Shown: positions 38,925 through 49,979, counted from the stretch's first letter. The stretch: 64,000 nucleotides of DNA from Planctomycetota bacterium (GCA_965223845.1 CBDCXR010000004.1:4832001-4896000), one strand, 5' to 3'. Made by a program: numbers and translations. Notes: a model not told the origin generated them from the letters alone.

Positions 38925-40226
38925 ATGAACGATACCACGAGACGAGAGTTTCTGGCGGGGACCGCCGCGGCGGCGCTCACCCCGCTCGCCACCGTTGGTG
39001 CGGGTCCGCTCCTCGACTCTTCCGAGCGTGCCGAGCCGCGAACGAAGCCGGCGAAGCACTGCATCTTTCTCTGGCTCGGCGGCGGCGCGTGTCAAATCGA
39101 CACCTGGGACCCGAAGCGCCGCGGTGATCCGAAGAAGAAGATCGCCGGCTCGGACTACGACGCCGTGCCAACGGCGATCCAGGGCGAGAAGGTCTGCGAG
39201 CACCTCGGGCGTTCGGCCGACGTCCTCGATCGCGCGGTTCTTTTTCGCACGGTTCACCACGACGTGATCGACGAGCACGCCGCGGCGGTGAATCGCATGC
39301 ACACGGGTCGCCCGACGAGCGGGACGGTCGTCTACCCGTCGATCGGAAGCGTGGTCGCGCACGAGCTAGGTGCCGCGGCGCGCGGCGTCCCGGCCTACAT
39401 CGTGATGGGCTATCCGAATCTCACGCGCGGACCCGGGTTTCTCGGCGCGAAGCACAGCTATCTCTACCTCACCGACACCGACTCGGGACCCGCGGCGCTT
39501 ACGCGTCCGCCCGCGGTCACGAAGAGTCGGCAGAAGAGGCGCGCCGAGCTGCTCGCCCGCCTCCGCGACCTACGCGGCCGCGAAGCGGCGGACGCGGCGG
39601 TTCGCGACTACGAAGAGGTCACCGCCGCCGCGTTCCGTCTCGCGGGGCCGGAGTTCATGGGCGCGTTCGAGCTCGAAAAGGAGCCGGCCGAGCTTCGTGA
39701 GTCATACGGCGCGGAGTTCGGTCAGCGCTGCCTCCTCGCGCGGCGCCTCGTCGAGCGCGGGGCGCGGTTCATCGAGGTGTCGCACAACCTCAACTTCATC
39801 AACGGAACCGGCTGGGACACGCACAACGAGGGACAAGCGAAGCAGCACCTTCTCATCGATGAGCTCGACAAAGCGTTCTCGACGCTCGTCCTCGACCTCG
39901 AGAAACACAAGCTGCTCGACGACACGCTCGTCGTGATCTCGACCGAGTTCGGACGCCCGGCCAAGTTCGACGGTCGAGGCGGGCGCGGCCATCAGTCGCG
40001 CGCGTTCAGCGTCGTTCTCGCCGGTGGCGGCCTTCGAACGGGGCAAGTCATCGGCGAAACGAACGAGCTCGGCGAGAAACCCGCCGCGCACCCGGTCTCG
40101 GTCCCGGATCTCTTCGCGACGATCTACCACGCGCTCGGGATCGATCCGCTGAAGGAGCTCTACGCAGGCGATCGACCCGTACCGATCACGGACCAGGGGC
40201 GGGCGGTGGCTCGAGTGTTCGGCTAG
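38925..40226 (+). CDS. DUF1501 protein
   Basis: Tat-like TRREFL; WLGGGACQIDTWDPK, ARRLVERG, WDTH, EFGRP. Confidence 0.92.
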   Translation: MNDTTRREFLAGTAAAALTPLATVGAGPLLDSSERAEPRTKPAKHCIFLWLGGGACQIDTWDPKRRGDPKKKIAGSDYDAVPTAIQGEKVCEHLGRSADVLDRAVLFRTVHHDVIDEHAAAVNRMHTGRPTSGTVVYPSIGSVVAHELGAAARGVPAYIVMGYPNLTRGPGFLGAKHSYLYLTDTDSGPAALTRPPAVTKSRQKRRAELLARLRDLRGREAADAAVRDYEEVTAAAFRLAGPEFMGAFELEKEPAELRESYGAEFGQRCLLARRLVERGARFIEVSHNLNFINGTGWDTHNEGQAKQHLLIDELDKAFSTLVLDLEKHKLLDDTLVVISTEFGRPAKFDGRGGRGHQSRAFSVVLAGGGLRTGQVIGETNELGEKPAAHPVSVPDLFATIYHALGIDPLKELYAGDRPVPITDQGRAVARVFG

Positions 40227-40250
40227 AGCATCGAGGGACGAGGTCTCGAC

Positions 40251-41528
40251 TCACGTCCGCCACGCCACCAGCACCGTCTCCATCTCCTCCGGCGTGAGCC
40301 CGCCGTGGTGCCCCCGAAATTGCTGCGGCCGCTCCGGCTTGCCGAGCCAGTACACCGATTCGTTCGCGTAGGGAAGAGCGATGAGATCCGGCATTCGGGC
40401 GTCGAAGCCCGCGCTCGCCTCCCCCGGTCCGAACATCCCGGCGTCTTCGAGTTCGGCGCGTGAGTAGACCTCCGCTCGGCCGTCGAGAACCGCGCGCAGC
40501 TCGCCCTGCACGTCGGGGAGAGAGGAGGCATCGCGTAAATAGATAAAATAGTCGCGCGACGATCCCGCCGGGGCGATCGGCCCGCCCGTGACGTCACGCG
40601 CGAACTCGCCCGCGACGCGCGGGCACTCGACGTCAAGATAGACGGTGCGCCCGGGATCCATCTCCACCTGGCCGTGATCGGCCGACAGGAGATAGAGCGT
40701 GTCGGGTCGGCCGCGGAGCGCGCTCAGGACGTGACGCTCGATCGAGCCGAAGAGCGTGCGGACGAAGCGATCGAGGCGCGTCGACGCCGGGCCGTGCTCG
40801 TGGCAGGCGAGGTCGAATCGGTCGATGTAGAAGAAACAGTACGCGGGATCGCTCTCTTCCTCGACGGTCTCGCGGAGACGCTCGAGGCCTTCGCGGAGAT
40901 TCCGGTACGGAATCGTGCGCGCGCCCCGGCAGACATGGCGCGAATACGCGCTCCGTGCGTAGAGCGCGCTTTGGAACACGTAGGACCGCACTCCCCGCTC
41001 CGCCAACCGATCATAGAGCTCTCCGCGCGGAAGGAGCGCGTCGATGTAACCCGCCATTTCGGGAAGTGAATCCCGCAGCTTGCTCGAGTACGCGCGATAA
41101 AGAAGCGGGAGGATGACTTCGCCGACGCGCGGATCGTAGTACTGCCACTCGCAGACACCCGACTGCTTGATCGGGAGCCCGGTGTGCGCGCAGGTAACGT
41201 GCACGGCTGTTGTCGACGGGAACATCGACGTCAGCTTCGAGACGACGCCGCACTCCGCGATCTCGGCGAGTAGATCGACGGACGACCGCCATCGCTCGAG
41301 GAAACGCCAGCCGAACGCATCGACAAGAAAGAACACCACCGTTCGCGCGCGCCGATCGCCGTCGCCGAACACCGACGGCGGGAGAGTCGAGAGCGGCGAT
41401 GATCCGGTGAGGATGTGTTCGATCGTGCCCGGAATCCGCGAGAAGCAAAACGACTCGTAGAGCGGCCGGAGAAAGCGCTCCGACCAGCGCGCGTCGTCGA
41501 CCGCGGCGAGGGACTCGGTGTTGAGCAC
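40251..41528 (-). CDS. Alkaline phosphatase superfamily (nucleotide pyrophosphatase/phosphodiesterase) protein
   Basis: LVDAFG, FPSTT (Thr nucleophile), DLACH, ADHG, GHHGG; start uncertain. Confidence 0.85.
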   Translation of the reverse strand: MLNTESLAAVDDARWSERFLRPLYESFCFSRIPGTIEHILTGSSPLSTLPPSVFGDGDRRARTVVFFLVDAFGWRFLERWRSSVDLLAEIAECGVVSKLTSMFPSTTAVHVTCAHTGLPIKQSGVCEWQYYDPRVGEVILPLLYRAYSSKLRDSLPEMAGYIDALLPRGELYDRLAERGVRSYVFQSALYARSAYSRHVCRGARTIPYRNLREGLERLRETVEEESDPAYCFFYIDRFDLACHEHGPASTRLDRFVRTLFGSIERHVLSALRGRPDTLYLLSADHGQVEMDPGRTVYLDVECPRVAGEFARDVTGGPIAPAGSSRDYFIYLRDASSLPDVQGELRAVLDGRAEVYSRAELEDAGMFGPGEASAGFDARMPDLIALPYANESVYWLGKPERPQQFRGHHGGLTPEEMETVLVAWRT

Positions 41529-41786
41529 GAAGAGCGTGAATTCGATCGGAGTGGACGGAACCGTCGCCGCGCTCTGCGCGCCCGACTTGCACGAGGACGC
41601 CACTTTAGCATGACACGACGCGAAAGAGACCTCCGCGCGACCCTCTGCTAACTCGGGCGCCGTCCGAAAGTCGAAGAATCGCGGTCGAACTCGCCGAATC
41701 CGGTCTGGATACCCTCCACCTCGACGCACTGGAGATCTATACTGGTTGGTGTTCGACGTCTACATCGCCAGCGAGAAGTCTTTTCG

Positions 41787-44594
41787 ATGCCGTTTTGCCG
41801 ATCGTTTCTCTGTGTATCGATCTTCGCCGGCTCAGCGGTGACCGCGTTCGCCGATGGCGACGTCTCATCCGCCGAACGGGAGTTCGCCCGATCCGTTTGG
41901 CCGGTGCTTCAGGCGAAGTGCGCGGCGTGTCACTTCGCTCCCGAGCGAAAGGGCGAGCTCGATCTTTCGTCGCGCGCGGCTCTGCTCCGCGGCGGCGAGA
42001 GCGGGCGTCCCGCGATCGTTCCCGGGAACGCGAGCGCGAGCCCGCTCTACCAGGCCGTAACGTGGGTCTCGCCCGATCTTCGGATGCCGCCGAAGGAGAA
42101 CGACCGCCTTGCGATCGCAGACGTCGTCGCGGTTCGCGCGTGGATCGACGCGGGAGCGCCGTGGCCTTCGGAGGAGCGGCTCGCCGAGCTCCGGCGTGAG
42201 ATCGAACTCGAGGACAACAGCCGCGTGCGTTGGCGGACGAGCGGCGGACTCGCGAGCGAGTGGACGGATCGTCGTTACCGCGCCGAGGATCTCTGGGCGT
42301 ATCACCCGGTCGCGAAGCCGGAAGTTCCGGACGAACCCGGCGCGCACCATCCCGTCGACGCGTTCGTCGCACGCCGCCTCCGCGCGAGCGAAATCGAGCC
42401 CGCTCCGCGTGCGGATCGACGAGCTCTGATTCGGCGCGTCACCTGGAACCTACTCGGTCTCCCGCCGACGCCAGCCGAGGTCGAGGCGTTCGTTACCGAC
42501 TCGGCCCCCGACCGCGAGGCATTCGCCCGCGTCGTCGACCGACTGCTCGCGAGCCCGCACTACGGGGAGCAAGCGGCGCGCCGCTGGCTCGACGTCACCC
42601 GCTACGCCGACACCGCGGGATTCGCGAACGACTACGAGCGACCGAACGCCTGGCGGTATCGCGACTACGTCGTCCGCGCGTTCAACGAAGACAAGCCCTA
42701 CGACCGGTTCGTTCGCGAACAGATCGCGGGCGACGAGATCGATCCGTCAAATCCCGAGCTCCTCGTCGCGACGGGGTTTCTCCGCATGGGGCCGTGGGAG
42801 CAAACAGGAATGAGCGTCGCAAAGGTGACGCGCCAGCAGTTCCTCGACGATGTGACCGAGAGTGTCGGGCAGGTTTTCCTCTCGCAGACCCTTCAGTGCG
42901 CGCGCTGCCACGACCACAAGTTCGATCCGATCCCGACGCGGGACTACTACGGCATCCAGGCGGTCTTCGCGACGACCCAGTTCGCCGAGCGTCCGGCTCC
43001 GTTTCTCGCGAGCGAGAACCGCGCGCGCTTCGAGAGCGAACGCGGTTACCTGGAAAAGCGCATCGCGCGTTACGAGGAGCAGCAGCGCGAGATTCGCGCG
43101 AAGTCCGCGCGGGCCGAAAAAGAGTGGTACAAGGAACGCGGGCGGGAGTTCGCGCCGCGCGCGGAGCTTCGTCGCCGAGGCGTCCCCGAAGACGAGATTG
43201 CACCGCGCCACGTGGGCCTCGACACGAAGGACTTCGGTCTCGAACGCATTTCGCGCAAGAACCTCACGCGCCACCGCTGGGAGCTCGATCGATTTCGTCC
43301 GCTCGCGCTCGCCGTCTACAACGGTGGAACGCGGTCGTTCAACAACGTCTCCAGTCGACTCTCGATGCCCGACAAGCCTCTAGACGAGGGAACGATCGAG
43401 ACGACGAGCATTCTCGGCGGGGGCGATCTCTTCCGCCCCGGCGAGCCGGTCGAGCCGGGAATCCTCAGCGCGGCGAGCCACGCGGCGAATTCGCCGACGC
43501 CCGCGGCAGCCCCGTTCGCCATTCCGACTTCACCCGATGGGAGACGACTCGCGTGGGCGATGTGGCTGACCGATCCGTCGCATCCCCTCACCGCGAGATC
43601 GATCGTCAATCGAGTCTGGCAGTGGAGCTTCGGTCGCGGACTCGCACCGAACGCGAACAACTTCGGTGCGATGGGACAGAAGCCGAGCCATCCGGAGCTG
43701 CTCGATTGGCTCGCCGCGAAATTCGTCGAAGAGGGCTGGTCGATCAAGCGGCTCCAGCGCTTGATCCTCACATCAGACGCTTATTGTCGAAGCTCGATCG
43801 CGCCGCAAGAAACGACTCTGACGAGCGAAGCACGCAGCGCTGGCGAGAGCGCGTACGCGCTCTTCGCGTCGCGTCGCTTGAGTGCAGAAGAACTTTGCGA
43901 TGCGATGATCGCAGCGAGTGGCGAGCTCAACCGCGAGATCGGCGGAATCCCCGTGCGCCCGGACATCCACCTCGAGGTCGCCCTCCAGCCGCGGCAAATC
44001 ATGGGCACGTACGCGCCTGCGTACCAACCCTCGCCGACACCGGCCGAGCGTAATCGCCGGAGAGTCTACGCGATGCGCATCCGCGGTCTCCGCGATCCGC
44101 TACTCAGCGTGTTCAATCAACCGACGCCGCGGACTTCGTGCGAGCAGCGCGAAACGTCGACCGTGACGCCGCAGGTGTTCGCGCTCTTCAACAGTCGCTA
44201 CGTGCACTCGCGTGCGCTCGCGTTCGCAGCTCGGGTTCGTCGCGAGGCGAACGCCGACGAGGACGCGGTCCGTCGCTCCTTCGCGCTCGCTCTCGGCCGC
44301 GCCCCAAGCGAAGACGAACTCGGCGAATCTATGGCGCACTGGATTGCGATGACCGAGATCCACGAATCCGCTCCGGCGGGCCGAAAACCCGCGAGCGAAG
44401 GCGTTCCGACCGAGGTCGTCCGCGAAGCGGTCGAAGAGATGAACGGTGAGCCGTTCACCTACCGCGAGCGTCTCGAGGTCTACGACGACTACGTCCCCGA
44501 TCTTCAGCCAGGCGATGTCGACCCGAAGACCCGAGCGCTCGCCGAGCTGTGCCTCGTCCTTTTCAATTCGAGCGAATTCCTCTACGTGCCATGA
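41787..44594 (+). CDS. Planctomycete cytochrome c / DUF1549 / DUF1553 protein
   Basis: CAACH, WLDVTRYAD, CARCHDHK, NRVWQW, PSHPELLD. Confidence 0.92.
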   Translation: MPFCRSFLCVSIFAGSAVTAFADGDVSSAEREFARSVWPVLQAKCAACHFAPERKGELDLSSRAALLRGGESGRPAIVPGNASASPLYQAVTWVSPDLRMPPKENDRLAIADVVAVRAWIDAGAPWPSEERLAELRREIELEDNSRVRWRTSGGLASEWTDRRYRAEDLWAYHPVAKPEVPDEPGAHHPVDAFVARRLRASEIEPAPRADRRALIRRVTWNLLGLPPTPAEVEAFVTDSAPDREAFARVVDRLLASPHYGEQAARRWLDVTRYADTAGFANDYERPNAWRYRDYVVRAFNEDKPYDRFVREQIAGDEIDPSNPELLVATGFLRMGPWEQTGMSVAKVTRQQFLDDVTESVGQVFLSQTLQCARCHDHKFDPIPTRDYYGIQAVFATTQFAERPAPFLASENRARFESERGYLEKRIARYEEQQREIRAKSARAEKEWYKERGREFAPRAELRRRGVPEDEIAPRHVGLDTKDFGLERISRKNLTRHRWELDRFRPLALAVYNGGTRSFNNVSSRLSMPDKPLDEGTIETTSILGGGDLFRPGEPVEPGILSAASHAANSPTPAAAPFAIPTSPDGRRLAWAMWLTDPSHPLTARSIVNRVWQWSFGRGLAPNANNFGAMGQKPSHPELLDWLAAKFVEEGWSIKRLQRLILTSDAYCRSSIAPQETTLTSEARSAGESAYALFASRRLSAEELCDAMIAASGELNREIGGIPVRPDIHLEVALQPRQIMGTYAPAYQPSPTPAERNRRRVYAMRIRGLRDPLLSVFNQPTPRTSCEQRETSTVTPQVFALFNSRYVHSRALAFAARVRREANADEDAVRRSFALALGRAPSEDELGESMAHWIAMTEIHESAPAGRKPASEGVPTEVVREAVEEMNGEPFTYRERLEVYDDYVPDLQPGDVDPKTRALAELCLVLFNSSEFLYVP

Positions 44595-46063
44595 ACGACT
44601 CAACCCGACGAGCAGAGCGAGCGTGGAGCGCGAATCTTCGCCGCCGAGAGTTTCTCTACGGGACGGCCGCCGGATTCGGCAGCGTCGCACTGACGGCCCT
44701 GCTCGCCGCTGAGGAGGCTCAGAAGGAAACCGGCTCGTCCGCCGCCGGGAAGGCTCCCGAGGGATCGAGCGGAACAACGACGACGAATCCCGGACACGTG
44801 AACGCTCGGGCGAAGTCCTGCATCTTCCTCATGATGGAGGGCGGGCCGAGTCATATCGACACGTTCGACCCGAAGCCGACGCTCCGCGATCTCCACCTCC
44901 GCCGCTTCGTTCGGAAGGGCGAAGCGAAGTCGGCGATGGAGAGCGGAACGCGCTATTTCGTCGAGAGTCCGTTCCGCTTTCGAAAAGCGGGCGAGAGCGG
45001 CGCCGATTTCGCAGAGAATTGGGTGCACCTCGCGAACGTCGCCGACGACATCTGTTTCTATCGCGGATGCCAGGGTGAGTCGGTGAACCATCCGACGGCG
45101 CTCTACCACATGAACACCGGGAACCGCTTCGGCGGCGATCCCGCGATCGGCTCGTGGGTGACGTACGGGCTCGGCTCGGAGAACTCCGATCTTCCGGGGT
45201 TCATCGTTCTTCCCGAGCTCGCCTATCCGCAGGGCGGACCGGCGAACTGGTCGAACGGCTTCCTTCCCGCGGTTTACCAGGGAACGCCGCTGCGACCGGA
45301 AGGATCGCCGATCCTCGATCTCGCACCGCCGGCGGGAGTCACACGCGAGGTGCAGCGACGGAATCTCGATTTCCTCGCGAAGCTGAACGAACGCCATCTC
45401 GCGCGCACTCCCGACCGCGACGACCTCGCGGCGCGGATCGCGAACTACGAGCTGGCGTTCCGCATGCAGCTCCAGGTGCCGGGGATCCTCGACCTCGGCG
45501 CGGAGAGCGAAGCGACGCGAGAGCTCTACGGCGTCGGCGAAGCGTCGACGGACAAGTTCGCCCGGAAATGCCTTCTAGCGCGTCGCCTCATCGAACGGGG
45601 CGTGCGCTTCGTTCAGCTCTACGCGGGGACGTGGGACTCTCACGACTATATCGCGCGGAATCACGCCGCACTCATGCGAGCGGTCGATCGGCCGATCGCG
45701 GCGCTCCTCATCGACCTCAAGCAGCGCGGCCTCCTCGACGACACGCTGGTCGTCTGGTGCGGCGAGTTCGGGCGGAGTCCGGACAACGGCATCCGCGGCG
45801 GGACCGCGTACGGCCGCGACCACAACCCGAAGGCGATGCCGATGTGGTTTGCCGGCGGCGGCGTGAACGCCGGTCACACGATCGGCGCGACGGACGAGAC
45901 GGGCGCCGAAGCGATCGACGTCGTCCGCCCGATCCGCGACGTTCACGTCACGCTGCTCCAACTTCTCGGGCTCGACGACAACCGGCTCACCTACTTCCAC
46001 TCCGGGCGCTACAAGCAGCTCTCGCAGTTCGGCGGGGAGGTGATCGGGGAGCTGTTGGCGTAG
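44591..46063 (+). CDS. DUF1501 protein
   Basis: ATGA overlap; RRREFL; MEGGPSHIDTFDPKP, ARRLIERGVRF, EFGRSP. Confidence 0.92.
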   Translation: MNDSTRRAERAWSANLRRREFLYGTAAGFGSVALTALLAAEEAQKETGSSAAGKAPEGSSGTTTTNPGHVNARAKSCIFLMMEGGPSHIDTFDPKPTLRDLHLRRFVRKGEAKSAMESGTRYFVESPFRFRKAGESGADFAENWVHLANVADDICFYRGCQGESVNHPTALYHMNTGNRFGGDPAIGSWVTYGLGSENSDLPGFIVLPELAYPQGGPANWSNGFLPAVYQGTPLRPEGSPILDLAPPAGVTREVQRRNLDFLAKLNERHLARTPDRDDLAARIANYELAFRMQLQVPGILDLGAESEATRELYGVGEASTDKFARKCLLARRLIERGVRFVQLYAGTWDSHDYIARNHAALMRAVDRPIAALLIDLKQRGLLDDTLVVWCGEFGRSPDNGIRGGTAYGRDHNPKAMPMWFAGGGVNAGHTIGATDETGAEAIDVVRPIRDVHVTLLQLLGLDDNRLTYFHSGRYKQLSQFGGEVIGELLA

Positions 46064-46091
46064 GCGGGACCTCGAGTCGTCCCGGAATCCG

Positions 46092-49000
46092 TCACCGCTC
46101 GAGCGTCCGCAAGAGCTCGATCCGATCGAACTGAGCGAGCCCCCCCATCGCCGTCGGTGCGATCCCCGTCAGCGTGAACGATCCGTTGTCCTTCCACAGG
46201 TCGACGGTGACGACCGTCCAGTCGTTCGGCGATTCTTCCGCGACGCGCTTCGCCTCCCACTTCGTCGTGTTCTTCCCGCTGTAGTAGCGACGCTGCGGAC
46301 TTTCCGCCGCCGGCCAGCGACCGCTCGCCGCGAGCTCGACCATGACGCCGTCACCCGTCGGATTCTTCCACGCGAGGCGAAGGTAGCGGTACTCGCCCGG
46401 CTCGGGTCTCTCCGCGATCGAGTAACTCCAGTTGCGAATCTGCGCGGAGTAGCGCTGGGGCGGCGTCACGGCGAGAGAACGCGTTCCCGATGGCGCTTCG
46501 CCCGCGACGATCTTCGCACGACCACCACCGTCTTTCAGAAGCGACGGAAACTCGTCCTCCTCGTCGAAGAGGACGACCGAGCCGGGAAGCTCGTCGCCGA
46601 AGGCCGAGCGGAGATGCGCGATGAGGTCGGCGATGTCCTTCGGACCGAGGAGATCGCGGAAGTTATCCGGCATGAGCGAGATCGGCGAAACGCTCATCGA
46701 TTCGATGTTCCGCCGGAGAAAGGACTCCTCGACCCCGTCCTTGAGACGAATCGTAACGCTCGTCGCCGACTCGGACGCGAGGACGCCGCTCGCGACCCGC
46801 CCGTCCTCCGTGGTCACCGTGTACGCGGCGTAACCGTCGGTGATCTGGCGACTCGGCGCGAGGATGTCCGCGAGTAGCGTTAGATCCGCCCGCTCTCGCT
46901 CCGAGGCGATGTCTGGTCCGACCGCGTGCCCTTCTTCGCCCACGCGGTGGCAGGGTAGGCAGTGCTTGCGAAAATGCGCCGCGCCGCGCTCGGCATCGCG
47001 TTCGCCTTCGAGCGCATTCACGTAGCGCGAATAGACATCGTCGGCGATTTCACCGGTCTTTTCGGTGCGTTCGAAAACACGGCGCGCTCGAGCGCGCAAC
47101 TTTTTGTCGGTGTGCTCGACGAGCTGCACGCGGCGAAACTCCCGCAGCGCAATCGGCGGCACCGCGTCGTTCTCGAGCGCGTCGAGCAGCGCAGGGAGAC
47201 GGTTCGCTCGCGCGAAAATCGCCTCGAGCGCCGCCTCGGCGACCTGCGGCGAGTACGACTCGAAGCGCCGAACAAGCACGGAACCGACGGCGTCGTCGTC
47301 TGCGGTCGAAAGCGCGGCGATCGCGGCGAGCTGAAGTGCGACGGGCACGCGCGGCTCGAGGAGCTTCTCGCACGCATCGCGCTTGGTCGCGAACGGCGCG
47401 TGAGCGAGGAGCCTCGCCGATGCGAGCCGTTCGTCGAGGCTGCGCTCGGAGTCGAGCGCCGTTCTCTCCGCGTGAGAGAAGGTCTCGCTCAGCTCCTTGG
47501 AGTCTCTCAAGTCGAGCGTGCCGACAACCTCGAACGCCGCCTCGCGAACATCGGGGGAAACCGACTTGAGTAGCGAACTGAGGGCACTCATCGCGCTCTT
47601 CTGCGTGAAGAGATCTCTCGCCCCACGCTTCAATCCCTCGGTAAGCCCGCGCAGCCCTTCGAGTTGAATAGATCTCTTCGCCGGGTCGCGGATGCGCTCG
47701 AATAGATTCAGAGCCGCTTCGACCTCTCCGCGCGTTCGACGGGCACCGATCGTCTGCGCGAGAAGCGAAACGACTCGCACGCACTCGCCCGGATCGTCGC
47801 GCTCGATCAGCCGCCGGAGAAGCGGAAGGGCGACGTGGGTCGACGAGCTGGCGATCGCAGCGGCCATCCAATTCTCGTTCCCGTGCTTCGCGGCGAGCTC
47901 GGCGAGCGCCCGGGACGCACGCGCGTCCCGCGATTCGCCGAGCGTGAGCGCGAGCTGGAGGCGGACACTCGGATCAGAATCGCGAACGAGCTCGAGCGCG
48001 CGAGCGAGAATCTCCGGATCGTCGCCGATTCGTTCGTTCGCGAGTCGGAGGGCGTACCGGCGGACGCCCCAGTGGGCATCGCGGAGCGCACTCACGACGT
48101 CGCTCGACTCGAGGGACCTGAGCCCGGCAAGCGTGGCGAGAGCTGCGAGCCGTGCCTGCGGCGTTTCGCCTCGACTCGCTCGTTCGGCGAGCGGTGCGCG
48201 TGCGCCGAGAGATCGCCGCTCGATGAGAAGTCGTCGTGCGGCTTCCCGCCACCAAACGTTTGAGTCACCGGTCAGCTGGACGAGCGCGTCGTCGCTCGCG
48301 GAACCGAGCTTCGGCGTCCTAGCTGGGGGAGCATCGCGGTGTCGAACGCGCCAGATCCTTCCCTTCGTGTTCCCCTCCGCAAGTCCGTACTGTTGCTGCA
48401 GGAACCGCGGGATCGCCGAGTAGTCTTCGATGATTTCGCGGTACATATCGACGACGTAGAGCCCGCCGTCCGGCCCGATCGCGAGGCTGTTCGGCCGAAA
48501 CCACTTCTCGCTCGAGGCGAGGAACTCGCGGTCTCGCTCATCGGGCGCGCGCCGCACTCGGTAGCCGGCTCCGTCGCGTTCGAGAATCGAGCGGTGGACG
48601 ATGTTGTTCTGCGGCTCACACGCGAAGTGATTGCCGAGATACTCGGAGGGAAAACCGTCGGCGCTGTAGATGAGCGGACTGCACGCCGACGTGAAAAGGC
48701 CGCTCGGCGTCGCTTCGTGACTGCCGTAGAAGCGAACCCAATTCGGATCCGCGCCCCGCTTTGCTCGCCAGGGATGCGGCGCGCTGATCGGGAAGATGCG
48801 CGAGTAGTTCGACGCGCCGGCGTCGCTTTTCGGTGACGGGACGTAGGGGTTGCGAAGAAGCGATCGATACGGAAGCGGCGCAGCGAAGTACGCGTGATTG
48901 CTTCCCGTGATGAGGAATCGGTCGCCAAAGTCGGTGAACCCGATGCCGAAGGTTCCGCTCCCGGCGGTTACCGGTTCGAGCGCACTTCCGTCGGGCCGGA

Positions 49001-49721
49001 TGCGGAAGTCGCTGCTCCCGAGCGAGACGGGCGTCCCAAGCTTGGGCCCTCGGATGGTGCCGCCGTGACCGCGCGCGATGTAAATCCAATTGTCGAGCCC
49101 CCAACGCGGAGAGTTGATTCCGCGTTCGAGCGGACCGAGACCAAAGCCGGAGAACATCGTCTCGCGCACCTCGGCGACATCGTCACCGTCGCGATCGGCG
49201 AGGAAGACGATGTCCGGCGCGCAAGTCACGATGAGTCCGCCGCGGGCCGGAAGAATCCCGTAGCAGGGCGGGAGTCGATCGGCCCAAACGTGCGCTCGGT
49301 CCATGCGGCCGTCGCCGTCGGTGTCCTCGAGTCGCTTCACCGTCCCATAGGTATCTTTCGCCGCGGCCTTCTTCGCTTCGGGCGGAGCCTGAATCCGCCG
49401 TACGGTGCGGTCGAGCTCTCCCGTCTTATTGAGCTCCTCGACATCGAGATGCCCCTCGAGGTTGTAACCGTGGAGCTCGCACACGAAGAGTCGACCGTTT
49501 TCGTCCCACGCAACGCCCGTCGGGTCCGCGATGAGGGGCTCGCTAGCGACGAGATCGATCTCGAAGCCGTCCTTGAGCCGGAAGAACTCTCGGCTCTTCT
49601 CGGGCGACGAAGGCTGAGGAGCGTCCGCTGCCCGTTCGATCTGTGCGGGGAGACGATGCCAGACTCCGGACACGATCGTCACGGCGATCGCGGCCAAGAC
49701 GAGAAAGATCCGCTCAGTCAT
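46092..49721 (-). CDS. PVC-type heme-binding CxxCH protein (putative membrane-bound dehydrogenase propeller + HEAT repeats + cytochrome c)
   Basis: Signal peptide; LVASEPLIADP, LEDTDGDGRMD, WGLDNWIY, FRP..GPDGGLYVVDMYR, CLPCH..GPD. Confidence 0.9.
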   Translation of the reverse strand: MTERIFLVLAAIAVTIVSGVWHRLPAQIERAADAPQPSSPEKSREFFRLKDGFEIDLVASEPLIADPTGVAWDENGRLFVCELHGYNLEGHLDVEELNKTGELDRTVRRIQAPPEAKKAAAKDTYGTVKRLEDTDGDGRMDRAHVWADRLPPCYGILPARGGLIVTCAPDIVFLADRDGDDVAEVRETMFSGFGLGPLERGINSPRWGLDNWIYIARGHGGTIRGPKLGTPVSLGSSDFRIRPDGSALEPVTAGSGTFGIGFTDFGDRFLITGSNHAYFAAPLPYRSLLRNPYVPSPKSDAGASNYSRIFPISAPHPWRAKRGADPNWVRFYGSHEATPSGLFTSACSPLIYSADGFPSEYLGNHFACEPQNNIVHRSILERDGAGYRVRRAPDERDREFLASSEKWFRPNSLAIGPDGGLYVVDMYREIIEDYSAIPRFLQQQYGLAEGNTKGRIWRVRHRDAPPARTPKLGSASDDALVQLTGDSNVWWREAARRLLIERRSLGARAPLAERASRGETPQARLAALATLAGLRSLESSDVVSALRDAHWGVRRYALRLANERIGDDPEILARALELVRDSDPSVRLQLALTLGESRDARASRALAELAAKHGNENWMAAAIASSSTHVALPLLRRLIERDDPGECVRVVSLLAQTIGARRTRGEVEAALNLFERIRDPAKRSIQLEGLRGLTEGLKRGARDLFTQKSAMSALSSLLKSVSPDVREAAFEVVGTLDLRDSKELSETFSHAERTALDSERSLDERLASARLLAHAPFATKRDACEKLLEPRVPVALQLAAIAALSTADDDAVGSVLVRRFESYSPQVAEAALEAIFARANRLPALLDALENDAVPPIALREFRRVQLVEHTDKKLRARARRVFERTEKTGEIADDVYSRYVNALEGERDAERGAAHFRKHCLPCHRVGEEGHAVGPDIASERERADLTLLADILAPSRQITDGYAAYTVTTEDGRVASGVLASESATSVTIRLKDGVEESFLRRNIESMSVSPISLMPDNFRDLLGPKDIADLIAHLRSAFGDELPGSVVLFDEEDEFPSLLKDGGGRAKIVAGEAPSGTRSLAVTPPQRYSAQIRNWSYSIAERPEPGEYRYLRLAWKNPTGDGVMVELAASGRWPAAESPQRRYYSGKNTTKWEAKRVAEESPNDWTVVTVDLWKDNGSFTLTGIAPTAMGGLAQFDRIELLRTLER
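48766..49660. repeat. Direct repeat copy 1 (895 bp)
   Basis: Matches 51778-52672 at a constant offset of 3012; differences seen only at 48927/51939 and 49043/52055. Confidence 0.95.
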
Positions 49722-49979
49722 GGAGAAAACCGATCGAAGTTTGCGGCGAGCGAAATCGCCGTTTCTGGCCCCAACACGGATCGGGTCGCGACGCCGCCCT
49801 CGGCAATCCCTCTCCCAAAAATCTCCGATATGGGAAGCGAGAAACACCGCACACAATCGATCCAGAAAAACGGCATTTATCTGTAGGCAACCATGCGTAC
49901 ACTACCTCTAAGGGGAGGTCGCAAATTCCGGCGAGCGTCGAGAAACACGCTCTCAAGATCGATGAAGGAGGCTTTAATT

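Noticed and set aside
6431-46085. GTAG-type REP family (GTAGG plus hairpin at 6431, 19622 and 46060)
   Set aside because: The palindromes share no sequence, and two of the three GTAGs are simply G plus a TAG stop codon.
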